Below are positions 61,269 through 64,000 of a stretch of 64,000 bases of DNA, in pieces. The translations under genes and the position numbers were made by a program. The stretch covers positions 46,164 to 110,163 of the forward strand of contig CAZJVM010000001.1 of the NCBI GenBank assembly GCA_964549305.1, read 5' to 3'. Every line of letters starts with the position of its first letter. Position 1 is the stretch's first letter. The notes under the pieces are model-generated. The model was not told the DNA's origin. It made no database searches and saw only the letters and a program-made list of their open reading frames with translations. The stretch is from an uncultured bacterium. Its GTDB lineage: Bacteria; Schekmanbacteria; GWA2-38-11; J061.

Positions 61269-62325
61269 AAAAATTTCTGTTCCCTCTCACCTGAAATTTG
61301 CATCTAATTTTTCTGAACTCGCAAATGAGCTCAGAGATGTATTGAACGAGCATTCTCACCGCCGTTTTCTTCTTGTTTCGGGGAAGGGGAGTTTGAACAG
61401 AATTGCAAGGCGCCTTTTCCCGGCATTGTCAACGGGAAGGAAAGGCGATATTGCGGTTTATGAAGACAATTCAAAGGATACTGTCAACGACCTTGTTTCC
61501 CTGTCAAAAAAATTCAAGCCTGATGTCATATTGGGCACAGGTGGCGGAAAGATTCTCGATGTGGCAAAACTCGCCGCGTCAATGGCGAGGATTCCCTTTT
61601 TCAGTATTCCCACTCAGATATCTCATGACGGTATCTCATCGCCTGTTTCAATAATAAGGGAAGGCGACATGACATTGAGTTTAGGCGCGTCCATTCCAAT
61701 GGGAGTTTTTGTTCCACTTTATATTGTTAAAAAAGCTTCCAGGCGAAGCACATCTTCAGGTGTAGGTGACCTCCTTTCCAATATCCCGGCAGTCAACGAC
61801 TGGAAAAGGGCAGCGGAAAGAAAAGGTGAAAAGTATGACGACTACGCGGCAATAGTTGCCCATACTGCCGCAAATTCAATATATACTCTTTATAACAACA
61901 ATTCACCGTCAGCAATAAAATTTACCGATGAGTTCATTATGCGCCTTGTGGAAGGACTCATATTGAGTGGTGTGGCAATGGAAATTTCCGGAAACAGCAG
62001 ACCCTGCAGCGGTTCGGAGCATAAAATAAGCCACGCCATAGACGCGTTATTCAACTCACCCGCTCTTCACGGCGAACAGGTGGCATTGGGAATAATTGTT
62101 TCGCTCTGTCTTCAGGGAGAAGACTATAAAAAAATGATTAAGTTTTTCGGTCAAGTCGGGCTCCCCGTTCACCCCAAAGAGATAAATCTGAGTTGCGAAC
62201 AGATGATAGAGGCAATATGTTACGCGCCGAAGACGCGTCCGGGAAGATATACTGTATTGGAAAGAAGAAGAGTGGGAAAGAAGCTTGCTACGGAAACAGT
62301 GAAAAAACTCTGGAGCGGAAAATAA
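61258..62325 (+). CDS. Glycerol-1-phosphate dehydrogenase (EgsA)-like metal-dependent dehydrogenase
   Basis: GGGKILDVAK, PT..SHDGISSP, GVGDLLSN, SRPCSGSEHKISHAID, HGEQV, RPGRYTVL. Confidence 0.85.
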   Translation: MYLRKISVPSHLKFASNFSELANELRDVLNEHSHRRFLLVSGKGSLNRIARRLFPALSTGRKGDIAVYEDNSKDTVNDLVSLSKKFKPDVILGTGGGKILDVAKLAASMARIPFFSIPTQISHDGISSPVSIIREGDMTLSLGASIPMGVFVPLYIVKKASRRSTSSGVGDLLSNIPAVNDWKRAAERKGEKYDDYAAIVAHTAANSIYTLYNNNSPSAIKFTDEFIMRLVEGLILSGVAMEISGNSRPCSGSEHKISHAIDALFNSPALHGEQVALGIIVSLCLQGEDYKKMIKFFGQVGLPVHPKEINLSCEQMIEAICYAPKTRPGRYTVLERRRVGKKLATETVKKLWSGK

Positions 62326-62327
62326 AT

Positions 62328-63182
62328 ATGTCATATACGGCGAAGCATATCAGGGAAAACTGCCAGAAAAAAAAGGAAGAAGAGCAGTTTTACGCGTGGT
62401 TTGTTATGCGCCGCATATCTCCCTATTTTTCATCGCTTCTTTTAAAAACTTCAATCAGCGCCAATACTGTGACCCTGACAGGTATAATTCTCGGTGTGGC
62501 AGGAGGCATACTCTATATAATCCCGTCTATGACAGGCGCTCTTTTCGGAAGTTTGCTTGTCCAAATCTGGTATTTATCAGACTGTGTTGACGGAGAAATG
62601 GCAAGGTGCAGAAAGGTATTTTCCGACGAGGGAATTTATCTCGACGCCCTCGGTCATCATGTCGTAAGTTTTTCTGCTATGGGAGGATTCGTTGCCGGGC
62701 TTTACATTGAAAAAGGAAATACCGCGATGCTAATCGCGGGAATACTCTTTGTTACATTTTACCATTTTAATAAAATGATTTTTACCGCCGCAGAGCAGAC
62801 TGTTTACGGAAAATATAAAGGCGAAGATGTTAAATTGCGGTTTCCCGGAAGTGAAAAGGATTTTTTCAACAGATACAGCAACAAAGAATATCCGGCGCCG
62901 GTAAGATTATTTTTGTGGGCATTTCGCCTCTGGCCCTCTACGGGCGCGTCGATAAACGAGATAGGAATACTGGTTGCGATGATGCTTACATCAGTTGCTG
63001 ACTATCTGATAATAAAGCCCTTTGTTGGTGAAGGAATCTATCCCGACTCAAGAACGATAATAGTCTATTTTTACGCCCTTATGCTCCCTCTTTCTTTTTT
63101 GGCGAGGTTTGCAACGGTGATAAGACGCTCCTATGTTACGAAATGGTTAGCCGGCAACGGTAAAGAGCGGGATGAAAAATAA
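62328..63182 (+). CDS. CDP-alcohol phosphotransferase family protein
   Basis: SANTVT, DCVDGEMAR...GIYLDALGH (fourth Asp replaced by His); ATG 62328 directly after the upstream stop. Confidence 0.85.
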   Translation: MSYTAKHIRENCQKKKEEEQFYAWFVMRRISPYFSSLLLKTSISANTVTLTGIILGVAGGILYIIPSMTGALFGSLLVQIWYLSDCVDGEMARCRKVFSDEGIYLDALGHHVVSFSAMGGFVAGLYIEKGNTAMLIAGILFVTFYHFNKMIFTAAEQTVYGKYKGEDVKLRFPGSEKDFFNRYSNKEYPAPVRLFLWAFRLWPSTGASINEIGILVAMMLTSVADYLIIKPFVGEGIYPDSRTIIVYFYALMLPLSFLARFATVIRRSYVTKWLAGNGKERDEK

Positions 63183-63194
63183 ATAAATCCTTAT

Positions 63195-64000
63195 ATGGCC
63201 TTTATGAAAATTATATTCTGGCTTTCCGTATTTCTTATTATTCATTCATACATACTTTATCCTCTTCTTCTTTTTTTAACAGGCAAAAACTATATCCCCG
63301 CAGACGATATTGAAGAGGAAGAGTTGCCACGGGTAACGGTAATTATACCCGCGCGAAACGAAGAAAAACATATAGCCCTGAAAGTAAAAAATACTCTTGG
63401 TATTGATTATCCAAAGGATAAAGTCGAAATTATCGTGGCATCGGACAATTCCGGTGATAAAACCGTTGAGAGGGCAAGAGAAGCAGGTGGAAACAGAGTG
63501 AAAATTATCGAATTTACCGAAAGGAAAGGGAAACTGGGAGTAATTAACAGATGCGTAAGAGAGGCAGAGGGGGATTTCGTCGTCCTTACCGATGCCAATG
63601 CGATGTTTTCACCCTATTCGGTCAGGCGTCTTGTAAGGCATTTTAAGAACAGGAATGTGGGATGCGCCGGAGGGGCAAAAATAATTCTTAAGCAAGGGGG
63701 AAGCACATCGGCAAACGAAGGACTTTACTGGAAGTACGAATCTTTGGTCAAAAAACTTGAAACGAATCTTTCTTCCTGTACAGGGCTTGACGGAGCGATT
63801 TATATGGTCAGAAAATCCGTGTTCCCCTTTCACAGGGAAGACAAGCTGTTTATGGATGACCTTGCCACGTCTCTTGCTATTGTAAAAGGGGGATACCGCT
63901 GTGTATATGACGAAATGGCAATGGCATCGGAACAAAGTTCGGATTCTTTGAACACAGAATACAAAAGGAAGGAAAGAATTGCCGCAGGCGCCCTGAATGT
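63195..64000 (+). CDS. Membrane-anchored glycosyltransferase family 2 (3'-truncated by window edge)
   Basis: Absent from the ORF track because it has no stop. Manual translation from ATG 63195: MAFMKIIFW...YILYP...LPRVTVIIPARNEE...DYPKDK.EIIVASDNSGD...TDANA...EGLYWKYE...GAIY..R...DD. Confidence 0.88.
   Translation, partial: MAFMKIIFWLSVFLIIHSYILYPLLLFLTGKNYIPADDIEEEELPRVTVIIPARNEEKHIALKVKNTLGIDYPKDKVEIIVASDNSGDKTVERAREAGGNRVKIIEFTERKGKLGVINRCVREAEGDFVVLTDANAMFSPYSVRRLVRHFKNRNVGCAGGAKIILKQGGSTSANEGLYWKYESLVKKLETNLSSCTGLDGAIYMVRKSVFPFHREDKLFMDDLATSLAIVKGGYRCVYDEMAMASEQSSDSLNTEYKRKERIAAGALN

Noticed and set aside
61258-62325. Evidence for archaeal-type ether lipid synthesis
   Set aside because: No GGGP/DGGGP synthase or CarS in the window; the context points to glycan decoration instead.
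1-64000. Mobile elements, prophage, tRNA/rRNA, CRISPR, defence systems
   Set aside because: No transposase, integrase, phage, cas or structured RNA signature was recognised by eye; a tRNAscan/Infernal run would be needed to exclude small RNAs.

Overview
A 64-kb, gene-dense, AT-rich bacterial chromosomal segment from a diderm organism. The gene content (rny, MglA, B. subtilis-type purB/purS/purQ/purL, lipoproteins, a sigma54 site) resembles Desulfobacterota/Nitrospinota-grade lineages, but the taxon cannot be fixed from sequence alone. About 0-16 kb is housekeeping: ygfA-rny, an orphan mglA, truB-rpsO-pnp-M16 peptidase, purB-S-C-Q-L-F and yihY. About 16-22.5 kb is a type IV minor-pilin operon (pilV-pilW-pilX). 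Where pilY1 would normally sit there are two paralogous ~36-aa secreted peptides ending in TIKNWHEV, followed by a TPR lipoprotein and an STT3/AglB-like GT-C protein. About 22.5-64 kb is mostly a cell-surface glycan synthesis and modification region: GT-C and GT2 transferases, Wzx, Wzm/Wzt, a deacetylase, an arylsulfotransferase, five Thr-nucleophile sulfatase-fold enzymes, two CDP-alcohol phosphotransferases, a cytidylyltransferase and an EgsA-like glycerol-phosphate dehydrogenase. It is interspersed with arfB, moeB/tusA, greA, a hybrid kinase and a predicted sigma54 to AraC to Kelch/tetraheme-cytochrome module. No rRNA, tRNA, CRISPR array or mobile element was recognised. All product calls come from motif recognition by eye; no database search was run.
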